DNA from: Acidobacteriota bacterium
Lineage (GTDB): Bacteria > Acidobacteriota > UBA890
Assembly (NCBI GenBank): GCA_965214245.1
Contig: CBDCBL010000009.1
Coordinates: forward strand, 15,551 to 79,550
DNA: 64,000 bases
Direction: 5' to 3'
In this document: positions 28,983 to 39,360 of the stretch, piece after piece
How positions within the stretch are numbered: position 1 is the first letter of the stretch
Layout: each line of letters begins with the position of its first letter
Translations under genes and position numbers: made by a program
Notes under the pieces: model-generated
Told to the model about the DNA's origin: nothing
Database searches by the model: none
Seen by the model: only the letters and a program-made list of their open reading frames with translations

Positions 28983-29013
28983 GCAGGCCGTGGTGAAAGT
29001 GTGATGGGTCTGG
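28980..29013. repeat. 33-bp inverted-repeat family, B-form copy (TGAGCAGGCCGTGGTGAAAGTGTGATGGGTCTGG)
   Basis: It contains GGTG-N8-ATG. The ATG at 29004 is the likely start codon of the downstream HEAT-repeat lipoprotein. Confidence 0.7.
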
Positions 29014-29759
29014 TTGAGGTGAGGCGGCTCCCACTGGTTGCTGGGATGGTAGCGGCGCTCGCCGCCGGTTGTGCGACGGCCGACCCGACACCCGCTGTCG
29101 TGAAGCGGATCATCGATGAGCTCAGCACCCAACAGTTCGGACGCGCCACGGCGTTGTACACCGAGCGGGAGGAGATGGTCCTCAGCCCGCCCGCGGCGCC
29201 CGGTTGGCGGCGCGGCATGGATCACGAAGACGCGACCGTTCGCGAGTGGTCGATCGACGCCCTCAGCCGCATCGCATTGCCGGAAGACGTGCCTCTCGTC
29301 GTCGCGGCGTTGGACGATCCCTTCCGGCGGGTTCAGGAGGCGGCGGCGCAGGGCCTCATCGACATGGACCCGGTGGCGGCGCGCGTCGCTTTCATCGACC
29401 GTCTGTCGGAGGGTGACCCGAGGCAACAGACGATTGCGGCGCAGGGCCTCGCCGATCTGGGCGATACGGAGGCGGTGCCGGCGCTCGTCGGGCAACTCAG
29501 CGACGAACGGCTCGCCGCCGGGTTGCGTGGCGTGATCGCGCAGTCGCTGTCCCGCCTCGGCGATGTTCGCGCCGTGGAGCCCCTCGCCGCGCTGGCGGGC
29601 AACTCGGATGCGGATACGCAGTTGCGACGTACGGCCGTCGAGGCGCTGGCCGGTATCGAGGGCGAGGCGACGGTGCGGGCTCTGGAGAGCTTGCTGGAAG
29701 CGGACGACTCCTATGTCCAGGACGTTGCGCGGCGCGTCCTCGACGCGCTCAAACGGTAA
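29004..29759 (+). CDS. HEAT-repeat (PBS-lyase-like) probable lipoprotein
   Basis: The signal sequence is MGLVEVRRLPLVAGMVAALAAGC. The body has repeated ...AxxAL..IGD..AVP.L...L motifs. Confidence 0.6.
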   Translation: MGLVEVRRLPLVAGMVAALAAGCATADPTPAVVKRIIDELSTQQFGRATALYTEREEMVLSPPAAPGWRRGMDHEDATVREWSIDALSRIALPEDVPLVVAALDDPFRRVQEAAAQGLIDMDPVAARVAFIDRLSEGDPRQQTIAAQGLADLGDTEAVPALVGQLSDERLAAGLRGVIAQSLSRLGDVRAVEPLAALAGNSDADTQLRRTAVEALAGIEGEATVRALESLLEADDSYVQDVARRVLDALKR

Positions 29760-30729
29760 CCGTAGGCTCCGGCGGCAAGGGGCCGAGCACGGCGTGAATC
29801 GCGGCAACCGCCGCCGCGGCGCGTGCATTGAGATTGTCGATCACCATCCACGCCCAGGCGCCGCCTGCGTCGTTGCGGATGGCGGCGGCGTGAACGCCGG
29901 ATGTGCCGGCGGCGCGCACCGGGCTGTCAATCTCCGATCCGTCCACAGTTTCGGCGCCGATCGGGATTCCGGCGCCCCGGAACGCTTGCTCCAACGCGGC
30001 GGCGTCTGCCGCCGGCAGAAACAAGGCGGCGGACGTGCCGTGGAATACCGGGGCGGCGATCACCGTGAGTCGAGGCACCGGCAGGCCGGCATCGCTGAGC
30101 TCGTTGCTGACGCGTCGCGCCCCGGATTCGTCACCGGCGGGCCACAGGTCGAAAGCGCGCTGCCGTCCGAATACCTCCTGGTCGATGCCTTCGATGTTCA
30201 TCACGGCGGTGCTCTGCTGGGAGAGCTCTCGGAGCCCGGGTTCGCCATCGTCAGAGGCGGGCAACAGAACGGTGACGACGGCATCGCGGCTCGCTTCGCC
30301 GAGGGCCGCCAGCGTTGTGCTGAGCAACATGGTGGCGGCGCTCGGCAGAGCGATGGCCCGGTGCTCGGTAAGGCTGGGAGGGGGACCCGTTCCCGGCAGC
30401 CAGACGGAGGCTTCGGAGCGCTCGACCCATGCGCCGGTGCAGTCGATACCGATGCGGTCGTGTTCGAGTAAATGGGAAAGATGTTCGGCGGCGACGGACC
30501 GATCGCCGCAAAAGCAAACCACGTCGTGGCTCAGCAAGTCGTCAGCGGCGGTGTCCACCATGACCCGAGCCTCGTCGCCGTACTCCGTCAAAATGTTGGC
30601 GAGTTCCTCGAGGTCGAGCAACGTGACGCACTCGCTCGGCAAGCCGGTAGCTGCAAGCTGCTGCGTGATCTCCCGGCCCAGCAGAGAGCCGGCGCCAACC
30701 AGTGCAACGCTGGGGCTCGAAGCGGTCAT
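29749..30729 (-). CDS. Semialdehyde dehydrogenase (Asd/ArgC)-family protein
   Basis: The N-terminal VALVGAGSLLGREITQQL is a Rossmann fold, plus a C-terminal dimerisation domain. Start chosen at MTASSP. Confidence 0.5.
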   Translation of the reverse strand: MTASSPSVALVGAGSLLGREITQQLAATGLPSECVTLLDLEELANILTEYGDEARVMVDTAADDLLSHDVVCFCGDRSVAAEHLSHLLEHDRIGIDCTGAWVERSEASVWLPGTGPPPSLTEHRAIALPSAATMLLSTTLAALGEASRDAVVTVLLPASDDGEPGLRELSQQSTAVMNIEGIDQEVFGRQRAFDLWPAGDESGARRVSNELSDAGLPVPRLTVIAAPVFHGTSAALFLPAADAAALEQAFRGAGIPIGAETVDGSEIDSPVRAAGTSGVHAAAIRNDAGGAWAWMVIDNLNARAAAAVAAIHAVLGPLPPEPTVTV

Positions 30730-30739
30730 CAGCGCCTTC

Positions 30740-31536
30740 CTACTCGTCGGTATCGAGCGCCGGCTGCTTTGTATGCTCGGTGGCATCGGGATCGGTTGCC
30801 GCTGTTACGCCGCCGCGACGGCGCAGCTGCAGGAGCTTTTCGACCGGGCCGGAGACAGCGTACGTGGTGGCCAGCAGCAGCAGCATTGCTTGCGGAGCGT
30901 TGACGATCAGCGCCAGGACTATGGCCAGCGGGGCGATGGAAGAGTACGGCCGGCGCTGCTTCAAGTCGATGTCCTTGAACGAGCGGTAGCGGATCTTCGA
31001 GATCATCAACAACGAGACGATGCTGATCAGCGCCAGCAGCGCGTAGTTGAAGACCTGTGTGCCACCCGGTTCCGGGGCGTAGAAGGCGATCGCCGCCAGT
31101 AACGCGCCGGCGGGAGGTGCCGGTAGGCCGGCGAAATAACGGCGGTCGTTGTGCGCCGTCTGCACCGTGAAGCGGGCCAGCCGTGCGGCGCTGCAAGACA
31201 GGAAAAAAAACGTCACCGCCCAGCCGAATCTGCCGGTGTCCCGCAGCGACCAGGCGAACATGAGTGCCGCCGGGGCCATGCCGAACGTCAGCACATCGGC
31301 CAGCGAGTCGAAGGTCTCGCCGAACGACGTCGTGCTGTTGGTCAGCCGCGCGATGCGTCCGTCGAGTCCATCCAGCACCATGGCGATACCGATGGCCGCC
31401 GCCGCCGGGCCAAAGTCCCCCTCCAATGTGGCAATGATGCTGTAGAAGCCGCAAAACAGGGTGCCTACCGTGAAGCTTGACGGCAGCAGGTAGATCCCTT
31501 TTTGCAGCTGCTTGCGGGCTTGCGGTCTGCGAATCA
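30740..31536 (-). CDS. pssA: CDP-diacylglycerol--serine O-phosphatidyltransferase (CDP-alcohol phosphatidyltransferase family)
   Basis: ...GIAMVLDGLDGRIARLTNSTTSFGETFDSLADVLTFG is the CDP-alcohol transferase motif. The start MIRRPQ overlaps the psd stop (ATGA). Confidence 0.8.
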
Positions 31537-32148
31537 TGAGCCTTCTTTCATGGGGTGGGCCTCGGCGACGATCGTTTCGCCGGCCCGCACGCGGTCCCCA
31601 ACGGATACCACGGCAGTGCAACCGTGGGGAAGGTGCAACTCGACTCGCGAGCCGAACTTGATCAGCGCGACACGCTCGCCGCGCTCCAGATCCCGCCCGG
31701 GTTGCACCCACTGCACCACACGGCGGGCCACGGCCCCCGCCATCAGCGATAGCTCGAGCGGTCCGACTGTGGTCTCCATCGACAAGACGCAGCGGGCGTT
31801 GTGGCTGGCGGATTCGCGAAAGGCGAAGGCATTGCCGCCTTCGACCCGCGCCCATGAGCGGAGCTTGCCGGCGAATGGAGCACGGGTGATGTGCACGCTG
31901 AAGATCGACAGGAAGATGGCGATCACGCGCGACTGCTCGTCGACGTCGACTACCCTTCCGTCGGCCGGCGCGAGAATGGCGTTGGCGGCTGCGTCCGAGA
32001 AACGCTGCGGGTCGCGAAAGAACGCGCCGAGCAGCAGCGCCACGACGCCGGTGCCGGTGGCGATGGCTACATGCCCCGCAGCGGCCGCAGCCGCGCACAC
32101 GGCGGCCGGCAGCAAGACGTAGGGCAGGGCTTCCGAGCGAATGCGCAT
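31534..32148 (-). CDS. psd: Phosphatidylserine decarboxylase (short pyruvoyl-dependent type)
   Basis: It is 204 aa and has the FGSRVE self-cleavage motif. Forms an operon with pssA. Confidence 0.8.
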   Translation of the reverse strand: MRIRSEALPYVLLPAAVCAAAAAAGHVAIATGTGVVALLLGAFFRDPQRFSDAAANAILAPADGRVVDVDEQSRVIAIFLSIFSVHITRAPFAGKLRSWARVEGGNAFAFRESASHNARCVLSMETTVGPLELSLMAGAVARRVVQWVQPGRDLERGERVALIKFGSRVELHLPHGCTAVVSVGDRVRAGETIVAEAHPMKEGS

Positions 32149-32234
32149 GGTGTCGGCGGCATCGGGAGCGGCACTGACACTTCGAGTGCCGCTGGGCGTG
32201 TTCGACGCGGGCCTGACGGGGTCCGGTTTGACGC

Positions 32235-32480
32235 TCAGTGGGTCACGGCGGCGAGATTCGCGATCTTGTAGTCGCGAATCATGGTTGCCATTCGGTCCTT
32301 CAGGAGCAGCTTGCGTTTCTTGATTTCGATTTCTTCGATGCGCTGCGGCTCGCTCGGGAGGTGCTTGCTGCTGAGCTCCTCGAGGCGTGTTTCGAATTCC
32401 GCGTGCTGGGTGGCGAGTCCACGGAACTCGTCGCTCTCATCGAGCAAGATGACACGAATTTGCGATTCAGCCAGCTCCAT
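32235..32480 (-). CDS. DUF465 (YdcH-like) protein
   Basis: MELAESQIRVILLDESDEFRGLATQHAEFETRLEEL...IKKRKLLLKDRM. Confidence 0.55.
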   Translation of the reverse strand: MELAESQIRVILLDESDEFRGLATQHAEFETRLEELSSKHLPSEPQRIEEIEIKKRKLLLKDRMATMIRDYKIANLAAVTH

Positions 32481-32553
32481 ACCGACGCCTCCGGATATCG
32501 CGGTGAAAAGTGCACCCACTTTCCCGCGACACTACCACCGGTCGATGGACGCC

Positions 32554-33267
32554 TCAATCACGACCCTCGCGCAGCGGATTCTTCGGCGGAATTGCATCGG
32601 GTGGGCGTATGTAGAAGGGCTCGGGAGTGGGCCATTCGGGAGCCGAATCGTCGCCTGCCCGCCAAGTGCGGGCGGCCAGGCGGCCGGCGGCAGCGGCCAG
32701 ATGTTCGCCGACTGCGGCGCGGCGGAAATCGCTTTGGGAACCGAGCAATGCCGCCCCGGAACCAATGACGAGCGCGTCGCCGGCGGCGGTCACGACACCG
32801 GCGAAGTGCTCCGGATCGCACACCTCGGGACCCCACTCGGGGGCCACGGGAAGCGTCGGCGGTGCGTCGAGTTTGAAGATCGCTCCGTATACCTGGCCGC
32901 GACGCGCGTCTACGCAGCAGGCCAGCAACTCCGATTGGGCGTGTCCGAGCTCGGCCAGGGCCTCGAGCGTCTGAACACCGCAGACCGGGAGACCGCGGGG
33001 CGCCGACAGTCCGAGACAGGTGGCGATGCCGACGCGAATTCCGGTGAACGTGCCGGGTCCCACCGTGACCACCAAGCCATCGAGCTCATCGAGACCGGCC
33101 TTCGAAGTGGCGAAGCACTCGTCGAGCGCCGCCGCGAGCCATGCGTCGGTGCGGGCCGGGTCTTGATGACCTGCTTCGAACGTCGGGTCACCGCCGCGCA
33201 ACAAGGCAATGCTGGCCGGCACCGAGGCGCAATCGACGGCGAGCAGCGTGGGTTCGTTCACGGGCAT
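32554..33267 (-). CDS. tsaB: tRNA threonylcarbamoyladenosine biosynthesis protein TsaB (YeaZ)
   Basis: ...LAVDCASVPASIALL...DGLVVTVGPGTFTGIRVGIA... Confidence 0.8.
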   Translation of the reverse strand: MPVNEPTLLAVDCASVPASIALLRGGDPTFEAGHQDPARTDAWLAAALDECFATSKAGLDELDGLVVTVGPGTFTGIRVGIATCLGLSAPRGLPVCGVQTLEALAELGHAQSELLACCVDARRGQVYGAIFKLDAPPTLPVAPEWGPEVCDPEHFAGVVTAAGDALVIGSGAALLGSQSDFRRAAVGEHLAAAAGRLAARTWRAGDDSAPEWPTPEPFYIRPPDAIPPKNPLREGRD

Positions 33268-33282
33268 TTTCCGAGCTCTAGC

Positions 33283-33315
33283 AGACCCATCACACTTTCA
33301 GCAGGGCCTGCTCAA
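33283..33315. repeat. 33-bp inverted-repeat family, solo variant A-form copy
   Basis: GCAGACCCATCACACTTTCAGCAGGGCCTGCTC sits in the divergent tsaB/mutS intergenic region. Confidence 0.6.
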
Positions 33316-33412
33316 CAGGGTACAGAAAAACTCCAAGGTGTCTTTCAGCATCCTTGTAAGGGGCGATTTTCGTACAGATCATAGTCCCACGCCCCGTGCT
33401 AATCTGGCGCCC

Positions 33413-36053
33413 ATGCCAGTGGGAGACGCCAGGACGCCGATGATGCAGCAGTTTCATCGCATCAAATCTGCGCACGACGACGCCATCGTTTTCTTCCGTC
33501 TCGGCGACTTCTACGAGATGTTCTTCGAAGATGCCAAGGTGGCCAGCTCGTTGCTGGAGATCACGCTGACCGCGCGTAACAAGGGGAAGCCTTCAGAGGC
33601 CCCGATGTGTGGCGTGCCGGTGCACGCGGCCGACAGCTACATCGCCCGATTGCTCGACGCCGGTCACAAGGTCGCCATCGCGGAGCAGGTGAGCGACCCG
33701 GCAACCACCAAGGGCATGCTCGATCGTGAAGTCGTGCGCGTGATGACGCCCGGGACCCTGGTCGAAGACAACCTGCTGCGTAGCCACGAGAACAACTACC
33801 TGGTTTCCGTGTTCGAAGGCGACGCGGCGATCGGCCTGGCAGCGCTCGATGTTTCGACGGGCGATTTCGTAACCGGGCAGTTTGAGGGCGACGATCGGTA
33901 CCGCCGGGCGCGCGAAGAGATGGCCCGCCTGGCGCCGCGGGAAATCTGCTATCCGGACGGCGCCGAGCGCGCTGCATGGATAGAGGCCGAGGAGGGCTTG
34001 CTTCCCGGCGCCGGCTCCTCGACATGGAGCGCGGTGCCGGCCTGGACGTACGAGCGCGCCGCCCATCGCCTGTGCGAACATTTCGGCGTCGCTTCGTTGG
34101 CCGGCTACGACCTCGAAGGAGTCGACCAGGCGGTCGGCGCCGCCGGAGCCCTTTTGGCCTACACGGCCGACACCCAGAAGGCACCGTTGCATCACATACA
34201 GTCCTTACGCCGGTACCGCGAACGCGAGTACCTGCAGCTCGACGCCACGACCCGTCGCACGCTGGAGTTGCTCGAATCGTGGCAGCAGCGTACTCGTCGT
34301 GGCTCGCTGCTCGACGTGATCGACGCCACCGTGACCCCGATGGGTGGGCCGTCGGGTCCGCACCTGGCTGCTGCGGCCACTGCGCGATGTCGATGAAATA
34401 GAGCGTCGACTCGACGTAGTTGCCGCTTTTCACGCGGCGCCGCGCAGCCGCGCCGAACTACGCGATAGCCTCGGCAGGGTTCGCGACGTGGAGCGCCTCA
34501 CCGCGCGCATCACGATGGGGACGGCGAGTCCGCGCGATATGGCGGCACTGCGCGGATCTCTGCAACAGCTGCCGGGCTTGCGTGAGCGCCTGGTCGAGCT
34601 CGGCGGCACCGACCTCGGCGGCGAGCTGCTGGCGGCGGTCGATCCCTGTGAGGATCTGAGCGCCTACATTGCCGATCGCCTCGCCGACGATCCCCCGCTC
34701 AACCTGTCCGACGGCGGCGTGATTCGTGACGGATTTGATGCCGGGCTCGACGGCTTGAGAGCCGACCGCGGCGAGGGAAAATCGTTCATCGCCGGATTGC
34801 AGGCGCAGGAGCGCGAGCGATCCGGAATCTCCTCGTTGAAGGTCGGATTCAACAGGGTCTTCGGCTATTACATCGAGGTCTCCAAGTCGAAGCTGGCGAA
34901 GGTTCCTGAGGCCTACGTCCGCAAACAGACGCTGGCCAACGCCGAGCGCTTCATCACGCCGGAGCTCAAGGAGTTCGAGGAGACGGTCCTGACGGCCGAG
35001 GAGAAGATCGGCGAGCTCGAGGCTCGCCTGTTCAACGAGTTGCGTGACCACGTGGCCGGGGAGGCAGGCAGGTTGCATGGCACCGCGGCCGCCGTGGCCA
35101 GCGTCGACGCGCTCGCCGGCCTGGCCGAAGTGGCAGCCATTCATGATTTCGTGCGACCCGCGGTTGACGACGGTCCGGTGCTCGAGATCCGACAGGGCCG
35201 TCATCCGGTCGTCGAGGTGCTGCAGCCGGAGGAGCGCTTCATCCCTAACGACGCCTACCTCGACGACGAAGGGCATCGCATCCAGATACTGACCGGTCCC
35301 AACATGGGCGGCAAATCGACGTACCTGCGACAGGTCGCGCTAATCACCATCCTGGCGCAGATGGGCAGCTTCGTGCCGGTGGAATCGGCGCGCGTCGGCG
35401 TCGTCGACAGGATTTTCACCAGGGTTGGGGCGAGCGACAACCTGGCGCGGGGCGCCTCCACGTTCCTCGTCGAGATGCAGGAGACGGCCAATATTCTGCA
35501 CAACGCCACGCCGCGAAGCCTGGTGATCCTGGACGAGGTCGGCCGCGGCACCAGTACCTACGACGGCTTGGCCCTGGCCTGGGCGGTTATCGAATACCTG
35601 CAGCACGACGCGATCGCGCCGCGGACGCTATTTGCCACCCACTATCATGAGCTCACCGCGCTCGAAGGCGTCCTGCCGAGCCTGCGCAATCTGAACGTGA
35701 CGGCGCACGAATCGGCCGACGGTGTCGTGTTTCTCCACAAGGTCGAGCCGGGTCCGGCAGATCGCTCCTACGGCATCCACGTAGGCCGTCTGGCGGGTCT
35801 TCCGGCGGCTGTCGTCCGTCGGGCCGAGGTAATCCTCGCCAACTTGGAGGTCAATGATGAGCCGACGCCGACGGGCCCGCGGTGGGCTCGTCACGAAGGC
35901 GAGCCGGCGGCGCAGATGGGGCTCTTCGAAGCTCCCGAGCACCCCGTCGTCGCCGAGCTGCGCGATGTCGAAGTCGATGGGCTGACGCCTTTGGAGGCGT
36001 TGAACGTGCTGGCCAAGCTGCGCGCCGCCGCCAAGCAAGACCACGAGTCTTGA
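33413..36053 (+). CDS. mutS: DNA mismatch repair protein MutS, with an apparent +1 frameshift (extra C in GGGCCG at ~34349)
   Basis: MPVGDARTPMMQQFHRIKS... to ...DATVTPMGG is in frame 2. ...RRVRTWLLRPLRDVDEIERRLD... to the C-terminus is in frame 3. The Walker A motif GPNMGGKST is present. Confidence 0.8.
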
Positions 36054-36063
36054 TCGGGGGGAA

Positions 36064-36660
36064 TCAGGTGGCTGCCGACTTCGACGTCATCGAAGCCTGC
36101 CAACGATAGAAAGCGTAGCCGCCGCCGGCGATCGCGATACCCAACGCCAGGCCGAACAGCGGACCATTCGATTGCACCGCCTCGATGATGCTGCGTCCGT
36201 AGCGGGCGGCCAGGAATGCCTCAGCGCCGAAGCGGATGAGCCGACCGACGCCCACCCCGATCAGAACGCTGGGAACCGATTGTCGAAGGTAGCCGACCGT
36301 GACGATCACGACCTTGAAGGGGAACGGCGCGGGCATGAGTGCCGCGATCATCAGGGCGAGGGTACCCCGCCGTTGCAGGAAGCCCTCCGCCCAGGCCAGC
36401 CGCTCACCGCTGCCGCTCGATAGCTTACGGCCGCTGCGGGCGAGGCCGTAGACGAGCATGACGCCGATCGTCGAACCGATGATGGCAGCGACCCCGTAGC
36501 CGACGGCGTTCTGCGGCGCCAGTGTCGCCGCACCCATTACGGCAAGGTCGATGAAAGCCGGCATGGGGATGAACGAGGAATCGAGCGCCGACAACACGAG
36601 GATCCCGAAGGCTCCGTAGGGGGCCAGAAATTCTTGGAACCAGGCAGCGAGAGATTCCAT
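36064..36660 (-). CDS. DedA/YqaA-family (VTT domain) membrane protein
   Basis: ...FGILVLSALDSSFIPMPAFIDLAV... with 4-5 TM helices. Confidence 0.7.
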   Translation of the reverse strand: MESLAAWFQEFLAPYGAFGILVLSALDSSFIPMPAFIDLAVMGAATLAPQNAVGYGVAAIIGSTIGVMLVYGLARSGRKLSSGSGERLAWAEGFLQRRGTLALMIAALMPAPFPFKVVIVTVGYLRQSVPSVLIGVGVGRLIRFGAEAFLAARYGRSIIEAVQSNGPLFGLALGIAIAGGGYAFYRWQASMTSKSAAT

Positions 36661-36701
36661 TCGGCACGTGAGGTCAGGTTAGGGCAAGTGTAAACAGGCC
36701 C

Positions 36702-36900
36702 TAGCAGGCCGTGGTGGAAGTGTGATGGGTCTGGCGCGCCCGCAACCCCCACGCGCGCCCCTGCGGGTTGCGACGACAAAAGGCCATCTGCGGCGTTGCC
36801 GCTCCTCGACGATGTATCAACATCGCCGTAGTCGCGGCGCCTTGCATCTGGCCTCTTGTCGTCGCAACCAGACCCATCACACTTTCACCACGGCCTGCTA
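36702..36900. mobile_element. MITE/REP-like element (199 bp) with perfect 33-bp terminal inverted repeats
   Basis: TAGCAGGCCGTGGTGGAAGTGTGATGGGTCTGG ... CCAGACCCATCACACTTTCACCACGGCCTGCTA. The interior is hairpin-rich and 95 bp of it resemble copy 46402-46681. Confidence 0.75.
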
Positions 36901-36942
36901 GGAGGGGGAACCGTTCAGCGCGTCACGCTACCATCGGGCGCA

Positions 36943-38105
36943 TGGACCAAGCAATCGAGCCACAACTCATCATCGGCCTCTCGTCGGGCACGTCGATGGA
37001 CGGAATCGACGCGGCGCTCGTGCGTCTTGTCGAGGCCAGCGACGACGTTGATCTCGTGGCCTTCCGCACGTATCCGTACGCGGTGGAGCTGGCGGAGGCG
37101 CTCCGCGCCGCTACCGATGCGACCTCGGCGTCGAACATCGCGTTGCTCGACGCTGCCGTCGGCGAAGCATTTGCGAGCGCCGCCACCGACTTGCTGGCGG
37201 CTGCGGGCGTGAGCTCCGGAGCGGTCCGCGGCATCGGCTCGCACGGCCAAACACTCGTGCACCTGCCCGATCTCCAAACATTCGCCGGGCGGCAGGTTCG
37301 CGCGACGTTGCAAATCGGCAACGCCGCCGTCATTGCCGAGCGCACGGGTATCACGACGGTGTCCGACTTTCGCTCCCGTGACGTTGCTGCCGGCGGCCAG
37401 GGGGCGCCGCTCGTGCCGCTGCTGGATCACAGGCTGTACCGCGATCCCGACCGTGGTCGCGCGGTGCTGAACATCGGCGGCATCGCCAACCTCACCGCGC
37501 TGCCGCCGGCGGCGCGTCTTGAAGAGGTACAGGCGTTCGATACCGGTCCGGGCAACGTGTTGCTCGACAGCGCGGCGCGCTTGCGCGGCCTGTCGGCCGG
37601 ATACGACGTCGACGGCAGACTGGGGCTTGCGGGAGCCGCCGACGCGGCGGTGCTCGAGCTGGCGTTGGCGCATCCGTTTTTCCAGGCGGCGCCGCCGAAG
37701 TCCGCCGACTCCGGTGATTTCCTGGGCCACTTTGCCGCATCGTTGTGGGACGCGTCCGCTTCTCTGAATGACGCCGCGTTGTTCGCCACGTTGGCAGCGC
37801 TCACCGCCCGCACGGTGGGCGATGCGATCGATGCGTTCATTCGTCCGTTGCAGCCAGTCGACGAGGTCGTCATATCGGGGGGCGGGGCTCACAACCGGGC
37901 CGTGGTCGAGGCTCTCGCGAGCCGCTTGGGCGAAACACCGCTGCGTACTTCGGAGGAGGTCGCGGGCCTTCCCGGCGATGCCAAGGAGGCCGTCGCCTTC
38001 GCCCTGCTGGCGTTCGAGACGCTAGGCGGCCGCAGCGGCAACGTTCCCGCAGGCACGGGCGCGGATGGCCCTCGGCTGCTCGGTGCCATCACGCCCGCAG
38101 GGTGA
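36943..38105 (+). CDS. anmK: Anhydro-N-acetylmuramic acid kinase
   Basis: MDQAIEPQLIIGLSSGTSMDGIDAALV... Confidence 0.85.
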
Positions 38106-38205
38106 CAGAACGGTCGTCTTGTCCGCCGTTCCGGTAGGCTTTCGTGCTTCGGCACCGTGATATAATCCGCTCTCCCACCCCATTTCGCGTGCACGGAGAG
38201 GCAAA

Positions 38206-39177
38206 ATGGCTGCACTCAAACCGTCTTCGAAGATTTGGCACAACGGCGAGTTCATCGCGTGGGATGACGCCCGGATTCACGTCGGGTCGCACGTCGTTCA
38301 TTACGCTTCGGCGGTGTTCGAGGGCATTCGTTGCTACGACACCGAGCACGGCTCCGCCGTCTTTCGCCTCGACGATCACGTGAAGCGCCTGTGCAATTCG
38401 GCGCGGATCTACAGGATGCCGCTGGCGTTTTCCGCCGCCGACTTGGAGGAAGCGTGCTTGGAGACGATTCGTGCCAACGAGTTGCATTCCTGTTACATCC
38501 GTCCGATCGTTTTTCGTGGCTACCATTCGCTCGGTGTCGATCCGCTGCCGTGTCCGGTTGAGGCGTACATCATGGTCTGGGAGTGGGGTGCCTACCTGGG
38601 CGAGGAAGCACTCGAGGACGGCGTCGACGCGATGGTTTCTTCCTGGAACCGCGTCGCCGCCAATACGCTGCCAGGAATCGCCAAGGCCGCGGCCAATTAC
38701 ATGAACGCCCAGCTGATCAAGATGGAGGCCGCCGAGCAGGGTTACGCCGAGGGCATCGCGCTCGACGCCCGCGGCTACGTTTCCGAGGGCAGCGGCGAGA
38801 ACATCTTCATCGTTCGTGACGGCAAGATCACCACGCCGCCGTTGGCCGCCTCCGTGTTGCCCGGCATTACGCGCGAGACCATCATGACGCTGGCAGACGA
38901 GCTCGGCTACGACGTCGCGGAGCAAGACGTACCGCGCGAGAGCCTGTATACCGCCGACGAGGTCTTCTTCACGGGCACCGCCGTCGAGGTCACGCCGGTG
39001 CGCTCCATCGACAAGCTGCCGGTCGGCGCCGGCACGCGCGGTCCGGTCACGGCGACACTGCAGGAACGGTTCTTCGCGCACGTTAAAGGTCAGACCGAAG
39101 ACGCGCACGGCTGGCTGACGCCGGTCTACGCCGGGCGTGAAGCCGTGGTGGCCGAAGCGCCCGAGACAGCCGGCTGA
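38206..39177 (+). CDS. ilvE: Branched-chain amino acid aminotransferase
   Basis: ...IWHNGEFIAWDDARIHVGSHVVHYASAVFEGIRCY... Confidence 0.9.
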   Translation: MAALKPSSKIWHNGEFIAWDDARIHVGSHVVHYASAVFEGIRCYDTEHGSAVFRLDDHVKRLCNSARIYRMPLAFSAADLEEACLETIRANELHSCYIRPIVFRGYHSLGVDPLPCPVEAYIMVWEWGAYLGEEALEDGVDAMVSSWNRVAANTLPGIAKAAANYMNAQLIKMEAAEQGYAEGIALDARGYVSEGSGENIFIVRDGKITTPPLAASVLPGITRETIMTLADELGYDVAEQDVPRESLYTADEVFFTGTAVEVTPVRSIDKLPVGAGTRGPVTATLQERFFAHVKGQTEDAHGWLTPVYAGREAVVAEAPETAG

Positions 39178-39360
39178 GGCTATAACGTTCGGCGCAGTGG
39201 GAGGGCCCGGGCGGCGTGGTGGGGAGAAACGGTAGCGCTACTGCTATTTTGAGCTTGTTGGCGTGCCCAGGCTGTACCATGATTGGCGCGTGGTATCCAC
39301 GCGTGTGCAGGGCTGACAAGAAGGTGCCCACGCTCAACTCTCTCGAACGACCAGGCCGCC

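Noticed and set aside
29004-29013. Alternative start of the HEAT-repeat protein at ATG 29046 (MVAALAAGC)
   Set aside because: That start would leave too short a signal sequence before the Cys. It is kept as a possibility under the finding, but the 29004 start is preferred.
30740-32098. A 452-aa ORF as a single gene
   Set aside because: It fuses an artefactual upstream stretch, which overlaps psd in another frame, onto pssA. The true pssA start is the Met at 31536, which overlaps the psd stop.
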